Shown here piece by piece: positions 1 through 11,739 of a stretch of 64,000 nucleotides of DNA. The stretch's first letter is position 1. Each line of letters starts with the position of its first letter. The stretch is from NCBI GenBank assembly GCA_013265495.1, contig MU063891.1:3184960-3248959 (forward strand). Direction: 5' to 3'. The notes below the pieces were generated by a model. That model was not told the DNA's origin, did no database searches, and was given only the letters and a program-made list of their open reading frames with translations. The position numbers and the translations under genes are program-made. The DNA comes from Vicugna vicugna (Eukaryota).

Positions 1-284
1 TATAAATATAACTTATTCACAGATCAATAGGAATAAACTATTTGGGGCACTTCCCAAAACTGGAAACACTACACTAATAAGATGCTACCACGGAAGCATG
101 TGGATCCTAACCAACCCTCTACCTGGCCTTCTGTAACTTTCCTGGCAAATCAACCTTTCTCTGCCTGAACACCACGAATGACAGGGTTCTCACCCCCACA
201 GCAGGCATTCACTTTTACCAGTGGGCAGTTGGTCCAGAGAGGCTCCCTTCTGCCTCCGATGGATTGGACTACTGATCAGAGGGC

Positions 285-420
285 TTTGACAGTACGCTCA
301 AGTTCAAGTGCCAGCTCTGCCACTTATTACAGAGTAAACCAGGCAAGTTACCAGGCAAGTTTTGCTGAACCTCCGTAAAGAGAAGACAATCATGTCAAAC
401 CCCTAGGGCTGTTGAGGGGT
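285..420 (+). mobile_element. MIR SINE remnant, with an internal 12-bp tandem duplication (accaggcaagtt x2, 338-361)
   Basis: MIR core-like text: ttcaag..ccagctctgccactta..ggcaagtta..aacctc..ctagggctgttgagg. Confidence 0.5.
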
Positions 421-1529
421 AGGTGGCTCATAGCTTGAGTAGCCACATGGAGAAATAGGTCCTGGGCAGTGAGAGCTGGGACAATGATGATGTCAGAGCT
501 GGTGGGAGCCTCGGGAACTGTCCAATCCAGCCTTCCTGTCACAGAGAGGGAGACAGAGGCCCAGAGGTGAAATGGCAGTGGGGTCTGCAAGGCCAGTGCC
601 CTAAAGCTGTGTAGAAGGCAGCAGAGAGCAGTGACGTGTGTGCAGTGGTGAGGATGCAGGGACGCAGATGTGCCCAAGCACAGGGACAGGTGTCCATGGA
701 TCTCTTGAGAGATAAGGCCCATGCACGGAGCACCACATCCTGGGCACCAGCCTGCGCGGTCCAGGGCTGCTTCCGAGGACCCCATCCGCCGGCCTGACCC
801 AGGAAGACCCAGCCCGGGAGGTCCTCCTGGGCCTGCTTCTTCCCAGATGTCCATGTGTGGCGGGTCCCAAGTGACCAAGAATCATCCCTTAAGAGGTAGG
901 TGTTATAACCCCTGAATTGTGCAATTTTAGTCTTTGGTGGGGCAAAAAGATCCTTAAACTGTTTCCTTTTAAGAACCAAATGCAGAGCCAGCCTGTCCTT
1001 GAGGATTCTGGGGCTAATGTGCACTTGTGTTTACCTGGCAGCTCCTGAGAGCGGAGACGTGCAGACAAGTCAGAGCCGAAGTCTCTGAGCAGAGCCGGGG
1101 TCAGACTCTGGTGCTGGGAGAAGATGATTCGGGTTAACAGGGTCAGTTGGGCCCAGCGCCGTCCTGGGCAAATCAAACAACTGAGTGGATCATTATGTAG
1201 CACTCTTTCCAGTAATCATCACTAAATGACATGAATTACAGTCGTCATGTGACAGAAAAGGAACTCAGACAGCAAACTTTTATATAACTTCAAGCCCCCC
1301 CCCCAAATCATTATAGTACAAACCAGAAAAACTTGAATGGATTAAAATTTTTAATTTATTTTAATGTCTTTTTTGAGGTGGGTCGAGTTTTCAGCTGACA
1401 TAGCAATACACTTTAAAAAAACATAAAAACTTTCAATTTAAAAGATATTCAAATTAAGTAAAATATCTCATGTACAAAATAAAGTTGCATTCACAAAATG
1501 ATTCCACCTTGTGTTCTGCAGCGTTTCAT

Positions 1530-1790
1530 TGTTCTTTTTAACTTTTTAACTTTTTATTTTGAGCTATATTATAGATTCAGAGGAAGTTGCAAAGGTGATA
1601 GAGAGAGGTCCCTGGATACCCTCCACCCTGCTCCCCTAGTGGCATCTTAGATTAACTACAGTGAATCAAAATCAAAAGCAAGAAGTTGATGTTGGTCCAC
1701 GTGTGTTGTTCCTTTGCCGTTTTATCACCTGCGTAGTAACCACCACATTCAGGATACAGACCTGTCACATCTCACACTTGGCTCTCCATT
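1530..1790 (-). mobile_element. Ancient L1 (L1MB/L1MC type) 3' end
   Basis: ttttattttgagctatattatagattcagaggaagttgcaaa..agaggtccc..catcttagattaactacagt resembles the reverse complement of L1MB/MC 3' UTRs. Confidence 0.65.
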
Positions 1791-2610
1791 TCATTGTTGT
1801 AAGGCTTACAAACGAAAACACTCCCAGTGTCCAGCAGCACAGCAGGTTTGAAGGAGCCTGAGATCTGTCTTTGTCTTTACAGTCACTCTGCTTTCAGGAT
1901 GGACATTGATTTTACCACTGGTCTCAGCTGTCTCTGATCTTACTGGGGCTGTGATCGCCAGTGGTCCCCAAACCTCACCAGCTCAAGATGAATGTGTATG
2001 TCGGGTCCAGCTGCTAACTTGCAGCTCTCTGGATAACTTCCAGCAGGCCACGGTGTTTGTGAAAAGGTGAGTAATGAGTGTGTGCTGGTCTGAAGCTTCC
2101 GTATGTGATGACAAGTCAATGATAACAGCAGTTGTTTGGAACTTAAACCAGCAGATTTGGGTGGAGGAGGAGAGTTTCATGACTGACATTGTTTAAAATA
2201 GTGGATGCATGGTGATAATAAGAAACAGACCAACTTTTAGGTCAGCCTTGTTGCTGTTCTTAAATTCCCTGCAGATAATGCATCACTTACGGCCTTGCCT
2301 GCTGCAGGCCCTGCCTCGTCACCCCACCCCTTGGGGTAAGGCCACTCAGGCCCCTCCTTTGAGCTCTGGGCACCTTTGGCCCAGGTTGAAGTGGACCTTC
2401 TACCTGGGATGGATGCTTAGCTTTTAAACGAGAGTTTCCAGAATAGGGCTGCTGCTTACAGTTGTGCAGGTTGTTAACTGTGCAAGTGTGCCCGGCTCAG
2501 GGGTGAGTGAGGTGCTCAGACCCAGCCTGTGCATGACTATTGCAGCCATGCCTGCCTTCAGGAGGGGGTGTCTTTATGTGACTTGAACAAAGATGCTATA
2601 TGGGCAGTGC

Positions 2611-3060
2611 TGTGGGGAGAACTGTGTCCCCCAAAGAGATATGTTGAAGTCCTAAATCCTGGAACCTGGGAGTGTCACTTTATTTGGAAACAGGGTCTTT
2701 GCAGATGTAACTGGTTAATTAGTGGACCCTAATGTAATGACTGGAAGCATTCTAGGGAGGGAGATTTGGAGACACAGACACACGGGGGAAAAGGCCATTT
2801 GATCACAGGGGCAGAGAGTAGAGTGATGCATCCACAAGCCAAGGGCTGCTGGCAGCCACCAGAAGCTGAAAGAGAAGAGAAAGGATCCTCCCAGGAGCCT
2901 TCAAAGGGAGCACGGCCCTGCTGACACCTTGATTTTGTATTTGCAACCTCCAGAATTGGAAAAACAAAAACAAAAACAAAAACAAAAAACAGATTTCTGT
3001 TTTTTTAAACCAGCACACTGTCTGTGGTGCTTTCTTATGGCAGCCACAGGAAACTCGTCC
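2611..3060 (+). mobile_element. MLT1C-like solo LTR (ERVL-MaLR), with a (CAAAAA)n expansion near 2963-2990
   Basis: Starts tgtggggagaactgtgtcccccc..gatatgttgaagtcctaa; contains ccctgctgacaccttgatttt; ends atggcagccacaggaaact. Confidence 0.85.
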
Positions 3061-3137
3061 GGGCAGTGATGGCCCTGTAATAGAATCCTCCTTTGAGTGT
3101 TTTTAAATATCGGAACTCCCCCCCCCCCCCCCCCCCC

Positions 3138-3185
3138 NNNNNNNNNNNNNNNNNNNNNNNNNNNNNNNNNNNNNNNNNNNNNNNN
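3138..3185. other. Assembly gap inside a poly-C tract
   Basis: 48 N flanked by C runs on both sides. Confidence 1.
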
Positions 3186-4069
3186 CCCCCCCCCCCAATC
3201 TCCCTAGAAAACATAAGGTTCTCAGCCCTGGGGTGGAGGTGGGATTGGTCGGTCTTGTTCTCAAGATCTTATTCTCAAGAATCTTAAAGGCCTACTGGCA
3301 GAAATTTTAAAAAATAAACACATGATAGTAAATAAATACCTGTTTCCTTGGGAGTTCTGTCCCACCAGAAGGGCCGGCTGGAGAAAGCTGGGTGCTAAGT
3401 TGTTGCTCCGGGAGAAGCCGGCAGAGGGCGCCAGGGCCGCACGCAGGCTTGGCGGCGCACACCCGCTGCTCTTGGGCTGGTGCCTGGCAAGCCAGTCGTC
3501 TGCAAGCACCTGCTGGGACAACGGGGAGGCTGTGTTCAGACCCGTGGGGCACCTTCCACAGCACAGCCCCCTCTTCCTTTCCTCGGAAATTCCACACGCC
3601 AACTTGGCTATCTCGGGGCCACCCCAGGTCTGTCACACCCTCTGGGAAGCCACTCACCCACGAAGGGCTCTCTTGTCTCCCAGGGGAGGGAACTGCCCAA
3701 AGTCCCCGGGGGAGAAAGCTGAGGCTGGAGGGAAGGAGCGTGGATTCACCTGGAGTCACTGGTCCAGCTGGAGTATCTGCATCTCCTCTCTCCTCACCCA
3801 TCCTGGGAGGGCGCCTGGCTTCACCTCACGTTCTAAAACCCAAGGCTGCATCTCCACCTAGAGCCACCTGGCAGTGACTTTGCATTCAGGCCTCCACGGC
3901 TGCTCTGAAGTGCACACATGCTGCTCCGGCGTCTCCTCCCCCGACCCCTGCACTGTGCCTGTCAGGGCTTCACTCTCCATCTCTTATTCTGGGTATCGGT
4001 ACACACAGGTCTCATCTCTGCCACCCAGCCGCTAAGTTCCCCCATCCAGGTCTGGGTGCCCATAGATCT

Positions 4070-4215
4070 TCTAGCGTAGGGTTGAAATCTTGATTGTGTC
4101 CTAACTACCTGCCTTGGGCAAATCCTGCAATGCCTCAGTTTTCTCATCAGAAAGATGGGGGCGATACTACCTATCGCCAAAGGACTTATGCATGTGGTGG
4201 TAGGTACTCATTCTA
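4070..4215 (+). mobile_element. MIR remnant
   Basis: ggttgaaatc..ccttgggcaa..tgcctcagttttctcatcagaaagatgggg. Confidence 0.55.
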
Positions 4216-4264
4216 ACAGTAACCACTAGTAAGGATTTTCGGAGCACTTACAATGATCTTATCA

Positions 4265-4470
4265 TTCCAATTTTGTGAGCACTTATTCTGTTCCTGGCCT
4301 TCTGCTAGACACTTTGAAAGTATTATCTCATTTTATCCTCACTGTGATCCCCGGATGTAGGGCTGTCCCTACTGTCCCCACTGGACAGAGAGGGAAGCTA
4401 AAGCTGAGAGAGGTGCCGGTGCTTGGCCCTCAGACTGGTGAGGGGAGGAGTCGGAACTGTCAGAGAGATG
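4265..4470 (-). mobile_element. MIR remnant, inverted relative to the previous one
   Basis: gagcactta..tattatctcattttatcctcac..agggaagctaaagctgagagagg. Confidence 0.55.
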
Positions 4471-6304
4471 TGACAGGTTGCGGAAACACATGTCAATTGG
4501 TTGCCACGGAATGTAGGACTAGGAGGGCACTTGGAGATCCCTTCACTGCTGTGGTCCTACTTCACAAAGGGAGATGGCTCAGGGATGCCAGAGAGCAGGG
4601 ACAGCCTGGAGTCAGGACCCCAGGCTCTGAGATTTGGCTGCCTGGAGCGCTGGTCCCAGCACTGCCGGGTGTGGGGTAGGATTGTCCTGGCTCTGGTTGA
4701 GTTGTCGGGGAAAGTGACCAACATCACCTCCAAGCTGGACAACTTAATCACCAATGTGAAACTCTCCAGAATGCCCTCTGCCCTGTGGACAGCCATCCCT
4801 CCGCAGAGCCACTCGGTAGATCAATGGGTGATGGACTTCCTGCAGGAGTGGGCCCAAACCTTGGCCTCGCCGGCCCCGGAGGAGAGGGGGGCTCTCGGTA
4901 CAGCATGTCTTGACTGATGTGTCCGCCCAATCCTGCCACCAACCGTGTGGCTTGGAATGACCCTCCCCACCCCTCCTCTAGCCTGGGCCAGTTTCCCATC
5001 CAATGATCAGGCTGGAAAGTGGGGTCTGGAAGGGAAGGAGCACAAGGGAGTGTGAAGGAGTGAGCGGGAAGCGTTCTGGAAGCAGGCCAGCGGGGTCAGA
5101 TGGAGAATGGAGTGAGGATCTAGGGAGAACCAGAGCCCTGAGTGACGCCACGTCACTAGGAGCTGACGCCCAGTCTGCCTCGTGTGGAGCGCCCGTTCAT
5201 TCAGCACCTGCCATGGGCTGGGCGCTGATCTGGGGAGCCTTTTCACCCTCACACCCACCCTTACAGGAAGCTGACCTGATTTGTATGTTACGATGGGAAA
5301 CTGAGGCCATGAGGGGTGAAGTGACAGTACTGACCCCCAACTGAGCCCCCGCATCCATGACATGGGGCACAGTCCGCTGAACTGTATGGTATTTACAAGG
5401 GATTCTGGCCCTTGAGATTGAAGGGGCCCCCAGGGAAACAGGGCAGCCGGGCTGTGGGTGGGGAGCAGCGTGGTGAGGTCCCGGTCCTGCCGCCTTATCT
5501 TTCAGCAAGTGGGAGGAGTGAATGGACTCCCTGTGACAAATGCAGGGCTGGAGGGCGAGGCCTACGGGAGGGGATTTGGCTGGACACTGGGAATGCGGTG
5601 AGAAGTCCCTGGGTGGTGGGACAGAGGTGGCATCTGAGGCCCTCCCGGCCCCTCCATCTCACCAGATGTCGGAATTCTATGGGAACCAACACCACCCCAG
5701 TGACAAAGGCCTTAGGAAGGACATTTTGGCATGACCCCACTTTGCCAGAGTGCTTATCTGGAACAAAGCCTCTGCCCAAATCGAGGGTGTCCTGGCATCA
5801 GGAGCTCCGGCCCACTCTGGGAGGGCAGCAAGGCCCGGAAAGCGGATCGTTCCTTCCAAGCCCTGGCTGCCAGCACTGTACACTCTCGAGAGGAACAGCC
5901 ATGGCCTCCTCACCTCAGTGTCTGCCCCAGGAGCTGCCCTCACCCCAGCCCAGCCGCACCCCTCACACCGCCCTGGGCTGGCAACCATCAGGGTGCAGGC
6001 GGACCCTGGGGGGCCCTGCCCACCAGCGCCCATCCGGCTGCCACCGGCAGGCCCAGTTAATTTTGTTGCCTGTCAGGAAAGCGGACACTGAGTTAGGCCC
6101 TGACTGTAGGACCTGTCTCCTTGACATGTGGCAATGGATCCACTGTGTCCACCTTGTGGTGCACCTCCCAAGGGGTCAAGTTCAGCTGCGATTGACTTCG
6201 GCGAACTTCTGCTGGAGGCTGGCGCTTTCTGCTCGAAGGCTCAGGGCTCTTTCTACAGCATCCAGAGAGCTGCATGGCCACGGAACAGTCAGAGCTTTCC
6301 GCAT

Positions 6305-6530
6305 ACTTCATTCATTCATTCATTCATTCTTTCATAGTCACTGACTGGTCCAAGCCCCCTGCCACGCAGTGCGCTTCCTCCTGCCAGGAGCTGAGGTCCT
6401 GTCCGGGGGACAAGAGAAGCAAGTGGCAGAGGAAAGCCGGGGCTGCGGGTCTCATGCTGGGGCAGTCCCGCTCCGACTCGGGCCAGAAAGTCCCCGAAGA
6501 AATGGCCTTTGACAGCTCTGGAAGGGTGCC
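6305..6530 (-). mobile_element. L2 3' remnant with (TTCA)n tail
   Basis: ttcattcattcattcattcatt followed by degenerate L2-like sequence. Confidence 0.4.
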
Positions 6531-8129
6531 ATGTGTTCTGCTGGGAGGCCACAACGTGCAGGCTTCCCAAACTCCAGTCAATTCTATTCCACACTCAGCA
6601 CGTGCTGAAGGCCAGCACCAGCTGAGGGCTTCGTGACTATGTGCATATCAGGTCCTCCCAGTGTTATCCTTTGTTGGTGGAAGAAACGGAAGCGCAGGGA
6701 AGGCTCGGGGCCCCAGGTCACTGAGCAAGATTCAAACCCAGATCTCGGCTGCCCCGCTCACATCACCTCCACGATCACGTCATTTCCTCCTGAGTCACCT
6801 GTGCTATTATGTATCTGCTTCTTTCCCTTTCAATGACAATGTTATTCTCACTAACTCAATGCATTTAAAATTTACCTAGATCCTAAAAAAAAAAATTTAC
6901 CTAAATCCTAAAAAACCACGCACGTATGCCCCAAAACACCCAGCATCACTTAGCAAAAGTGGAAAGTAGTTAACTGTAAAGATGCACACAGTTACAACAC
7001 AGAACTGTCCCTGCATCCCCCGGCACCGTTGCCGGCTCGGTGCTGTGGGACTGAGGCTGGACTTGTCCACCGAAAGGAGAGCGGCCAGTCCGTGAGCGCA
7101 GCGGAGCCGCACCAGCAGCAAGCTGGGACTTGGGACTTAAGAAAATCAGGAAGAGGAAGAAGTAACTGGAAAGGGAGGAGAGTACGTGATGCCATGTTAT
7201 TAGCGCGGTGCTCCGGCAGCTGTTCACAGGCTGTCAGCGCACCTGGTAGGAGTGAGCCAGGGTCTGCCACCAGCCCGCAGGCAGCCCTGCTTTCCTCTAA
7301 CTTAAGGGGAGGGAGAAGAGGACACAGGTGTAGAGCGGGGGTCAGCAGTGCATCAAGACCACGCTGACCCGGAGAGCGGGAAGGTCTGGTCTCTGGGGCC
7401 ACATCGGACTCCTGCCAGGAGCCCGAGTCCAGGTGCAGCAGGCAGAAGCCAGGACCCATGACTGAAGTCTGTGTTTGCCCTGAGAGCGGGGCTGGGTGGG
7501 GCAGGGACTGAGACCTCGCTGCAGAGCAAATTCCAAATTTGGGGGTGGGGGCTGAGCAGACTGGCTCCAGCGCACCAAACCCAGGATCTGAGAACGGGCT
7601 TAAATTCCATGTGCTACCTTGGCCTGCCTCCCAGAGCCCAGGAGAGTCGGCTGGGGATGGGAGACAGAGGAACTGGACACACGCCTTCCCCTTTGTCTCT
7701 CCCGTGTTTCCCCAGGGATGCGCACACCACTGGCCAGCTCTGCAGCCTCAGAGAGGCTTAGGGGCAGCTTCCCCTCTCTGGGCAGAGTCTTCCTTCGATT
7801 CACTGCCAATCACAGTGAGAGGGCAGTCGCAGGACACTGGTGACCAGAACGACCTCTCTTGTTCTCCACCCCAGGTGAGGAAGCACCACAAAGGTCCTGC
7901 CCACACTGTGCCCAGCTGCCTGCCAAAGGGGCTTCCGCGGGGGTCAGCAGGCAGGGGGGATGGAGGCACAGTGTGGTCCCTTGGCAGGTGAGCTCATTGC
8001 CTCAGGGTGGACTCCCAACTTTGCCCCTGGGTCCCTGTAAAGGGCAAAGGTCCCCAAAGGGGTGTCCCGTCCTCTTGTGTTCTCTCTCCTGAGGCAGAAG
8101 TCAGGTTCCACCCATGCACAACTCACTGA

Positions 8130-8480
8130 AAGTTTCTGTTGCTGTATGACAAATTCCTGCAAATACAGTTGCTTAAAACAACACACGCTTGTTATCTCAG
8201 GGTTTCCATGGGTCGGGAGTCCAGGCAGGGCTCAGCTGGGTCTTCAGCTCCGGGTCTCACAAGGTGGCAGTCAGGGCTGAGTTCTCATCTGGTGGCTCAG
8301 CTGGGGATGGATCCACTTTGAAGCTCCTTCAGGCTGTCGGCAGAATCTCCTTCCTTGCTCTCAGCTCCTTGAGGCCCCTGTGGGGTCCTGGCCCCATAGC
8401 CACACAAGGTAACATGATTAGGTGACAACAGCCTATCACACACTCAAGGGGAGGGCTCATAACGGGAAAGTTTTCCTCCC
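8130..8480 (-). mobile_element. MLT1 (F/H-like) solo LTR
   Basis: tgctgtatgacaaatt..gcttaaaacaacacacgcttgttatctcagggtttccatgggtcgggagtcc..gctcagctggg. Confidence 0.7.
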
Positions 8481-8999
8481 TTGTCTCAAGATGTAGCTCA
8501 TCATCTGGGAAAGGGACATACAGAATGTGACAGAACTTAATGATAACAGCCATAACCTCCTTTGATCTATGAAAACAGAAGGAAACAAATAATTGGCAGG
8601 ACTGCTGGACACAGTGGCAGGGGTTGTGCATTGCACAACCAGGAAGCGCCATTCCCAACTCAGCCGATGATACCCCGGAGGTTATGTAGCCTGTGAATGG
8701 TGATTCTGGTTACGTGGTTACAACAGAGGTCCCCAGACCTGCCCCAGGCTCTGTCTACAGGCAGCCCCTCAGCACCAGGAGGGTCTGCAGCTGTAACTCC
8801 CTGGTTGAGGACAAGCTGTTGTGGGCATCGCAGCATCCAATGCAAAGCCATTTGGGAACGAACTTGTTCCTGGAATAAGTCTTTCAGCCTCAAAGTGGGT
8901 GCCTGCCCAGACCTCTCAGGCGCAGCAGCCTGGGGAGAGGCGAGGGCCTCAGTAGCCATCAGGGCTGGAGAGAAAATGCGAGTTAAGTCAGAAATGCCG

Positions 9000-9140
9000 T
9001 GGACAGGGTGCTGGTTCAAACCCCAGCTCTGCCGCTTGGGCAAATGAGATTGCCCCTCTGCATTTGTTATTTTTTTTTTTTTACTTGTAAGTCAAGGGTA
9101 AAAATGCCCTCTTCCTAGAGTGAAATTAAATGAGATGATG
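9000..9140 (+). mobile_element. MIR remnant
   Basis: ggttcaaaccccagctctgcc..ttgggcaa..attaaatgagatgatg. Confidence 0.55.
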
Positions 9141-10500
9141 GAAGGAGGGGTGACACATCTTCCCCAGAGAAGACATGCTCCCCATGTGGTTCTTAATGCT
9201 ATTCCACGCTGGGGAATACACAGAGGGGCCATCACTGGACTGAGAGACACCCTTCTTAGCCGCAGGGGCCAGAAAATGTCCCCGTGGACCTTAGGAAAAG
9301 GCAAGGTGCATGGAGCTCCGGCCTGTCATGTCTCCGAAGGCCAAAGGCCAGCTGTGGCTGGAGCTAAAGGAGGCAAACATTGAAGAAATGACATGTGCTG
9401 CCAGCCACTGATTGGAACAGCGACACCCTCCAGAAGCGTGAGCTTACAGTGTCTGTGTCTGCAAGCTCCTCACCCCTCAAGGCTCCATGCTTAGGGCATG
9501 TCACCTGCTCTGGGAAGCCGCCACCTCCTCACCTGGGTCCACAGCCTGGTCCTTGCTATTTGTTGTGAGCACATCTGTCTGTCTCTCTCTATGGCTAAAC
9601 CACACTCCCTTAAGACACCTCCTCATGCCTTCTCAGTATCCAGCCAGCATCTGGTGCATAAAAGGGAGAGAAAGTTCTGGGCTGTTTTTTCCTTTTAAAG
9701 AGGGAAAGACTAGTCCCCGCGAGCCCTGGTTAGGACTCAGTCTGACCAGCAGAGGGAGCAAGAGTCATTGCAAACACAGATTGTTATGGGGCGGGGGCAG
9801 TGGCCGTGGAGGCTTCCACACGAGCAAGATTTCCTGGAAACACTTTAAGCAAGTAACACATTTATAATAGCTATTTTTCTGTCATATTCTTCCTCTTTGC
9901 CTATTCCTTGCAGGATTTGTCATTTGGCAGCTGCAAAGGCCTGCAAAGGCTCAGGGCTTGGGAAACTCCCAGAAAGTCAAGGCTGTGGTCCCCTTGTCCG
10001 ATCCACAGTTCAACAGCTGGAGAGGATTTAGTTGGAACTGAGAGGAGATGGGAAAGGATGGACCCTGGAGGAAGCACTCACACCCTTGATGGCCTTTGAC
10101 CCTCCAGGGCCAGCAGCCAGGTCCCTGGGCTCTCAGCAGCTGGGGTTCTCCAGAGGAATTGACCCTTAGAATCCATTAGGGCTGCCACTGAAGGGAGTGA
10201 GCATACTGTCATCAGAAGTATGCAAGGAGCTGGAAAGAGGGGATGAACAATCCCTGCTCTAAAGACTAATGTGGGATTATACGAGATGATCCAGCCCAGT
10301 GTCCAGGTATATTTTGTATCACGAAGAGTTTAGATTGTTGAGAATTCCAACATGGGACTAGGAAATAAACTTGGCCCCAATACTGCAAAACCAGTGGGTG
10401 CTTTCATGTAAAATATACAAAAAAATTTTTTTTAGGTAAGGTAACACTTCTGATACAAATGCACACATATTTTGTGCAATCAGAGGAATTGAATCTAGAC

Positions 10501-10793
10501 TAGGAATTGGCAACTAAGCCCCCACTGCTTGTTTTTGTACAGCCTATGAACTGAGAATGGTTTTACATTTTGAAATGGTTGAAACAAAGATGGGAATAAT
10601 ATTTGTGACGTAGCATTTCGTGAAAATTACATGAAATTCCAGTTTTAGAATGCATAGACTATGATCAGCACACAGCCACATTCATTCACTTATATGTTAT
10701 CTGTGGCAGCGTTCACACTGAAAGACAGCGTGGAGTCACTGCAACTATGTGGCCACTCTATGGCCCTTTACAGAAAAGGTTTTTCGACCCCTG
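10501..10793 (+). mobile_element. MER58B (hAT-Charlie non-autonomous DNA transposon), near full length
   Basis: Termini taggaattggcaact and tttttcgacccctg; internal tgtttttgtacagcc..agaatggtttttacatttt; 8-bp flanks atctagac (10493-10500) and atctaggc (10794-10801) form a 7/8-identical TSD with the hAT NTCTAGAN target preference. Confidence 0.85.
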
Positions 10794-11739
10794 ATCTAGG
10801 CTGTTAAACTGGCAAGGAGAAGTATTCTTCCCGTCCACATCCTCCTGTTTTTTTTTTCATTTTGGGAAACTGAAGCTTAGACAGGGAATGGCCTTACATC
10901 GTGGGGTCCCTTGATGCCCCGCAGGGCATTTGAGCATTTGCGAGCAGGACCTCTGTGCCCATTCCTGCAAGATGTGCAGGAAGTACAGGTGTGTACTGGG
11001 GGGGGTGGTGAGCAGGAAAGCCCAGTGTTTGTGAGCTGGGTACCAAGTTCCTGGACCCTTTTTCTCACTCAGACCAGCAGGAGGAGGAGGACTGGACTGG
11101 AACCCAGGGACCAGGGGCTGGGCTTGGCCTGGTGTCAAAGGAGTGAGGTGACTGTGGCCTCTCTCTGTCCCCTGTAGAGCGCCTTCCCACCCGCCTCCAT
11201 CCTCAGGACTTTTGCACTGGGGGGACATATGCAAGTATAAGTCCCTCTTTAAGAGGCAATGTGATGCGGTTTCCCACCTGCTACTGGAAGACACCGTGGA
11301 GGAGATGTGCCCCCCTCACCTAGGGTCTTTTGCCTCACCCAGCCGGGTCCCCCAGGCTGCCGAGCTGTGGGGAGGAGACCCTGGCTCAGGTACACAGCCT
11401 ACAAAAGCTTTCAAGCCTCTGCCTCCAGTTCCTGGGGGTCCCCGGGTGAGTACAAGGCCGCTCCCCTTGTTACTGGGAGGACAGACTGGGGCTTGGGTGC
11501 CCTTTGGACTAAAGAAAACAGGGAAAAGGAGAGAGCGTGGAGCAGCAGGGAAAGAGGGGGAGCGCAACAGAGGGAAGGAGAAGCAGGCAGAGGAGGGTGA
11601 GTTAAAAGTAAAAGAAGAAAGAAGGTAAACGGAAGGATGCAGGGAAGAGAGAAAGGAGTGCAAAGAAGGAAGGGAAAGAAAACAGAAAAGCAAAGCACAA
11701 GGCATTTTCAAGAGCCTCGCTCGGCTAGCTGGAGGCACC

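Noticed and set aside
4070-4470. Inverted MIR pair as an RNA hairpin or MITE
   Set aside because: Both copies are too diverged to pair stably, and such neighbours are common.
5412-6344. 310-aa single-exon ORF
   Set aside because: TTG start, Pro/Gly/Arg/Ser-rich, no recognisable domain, and it ends in an L2 (TTCA)n tail. Long open frames are expected in GC-rich DNA.
6867-7230. Short tandem duplication (aaaatttacctaratccta x2) and a possible DNA-transposon remnant
   Set aside because: The duplication is a trivial slippage event. I could not assign the adjoining sequence to a family or find terminal inverted repeats.
10925-11319. Exon-like pair 10925-10988 and 11207 onward
   Set aside because: Splice sites are plausible, but the joins either stop soon or need an incompatible phase for the most protein-like frame.
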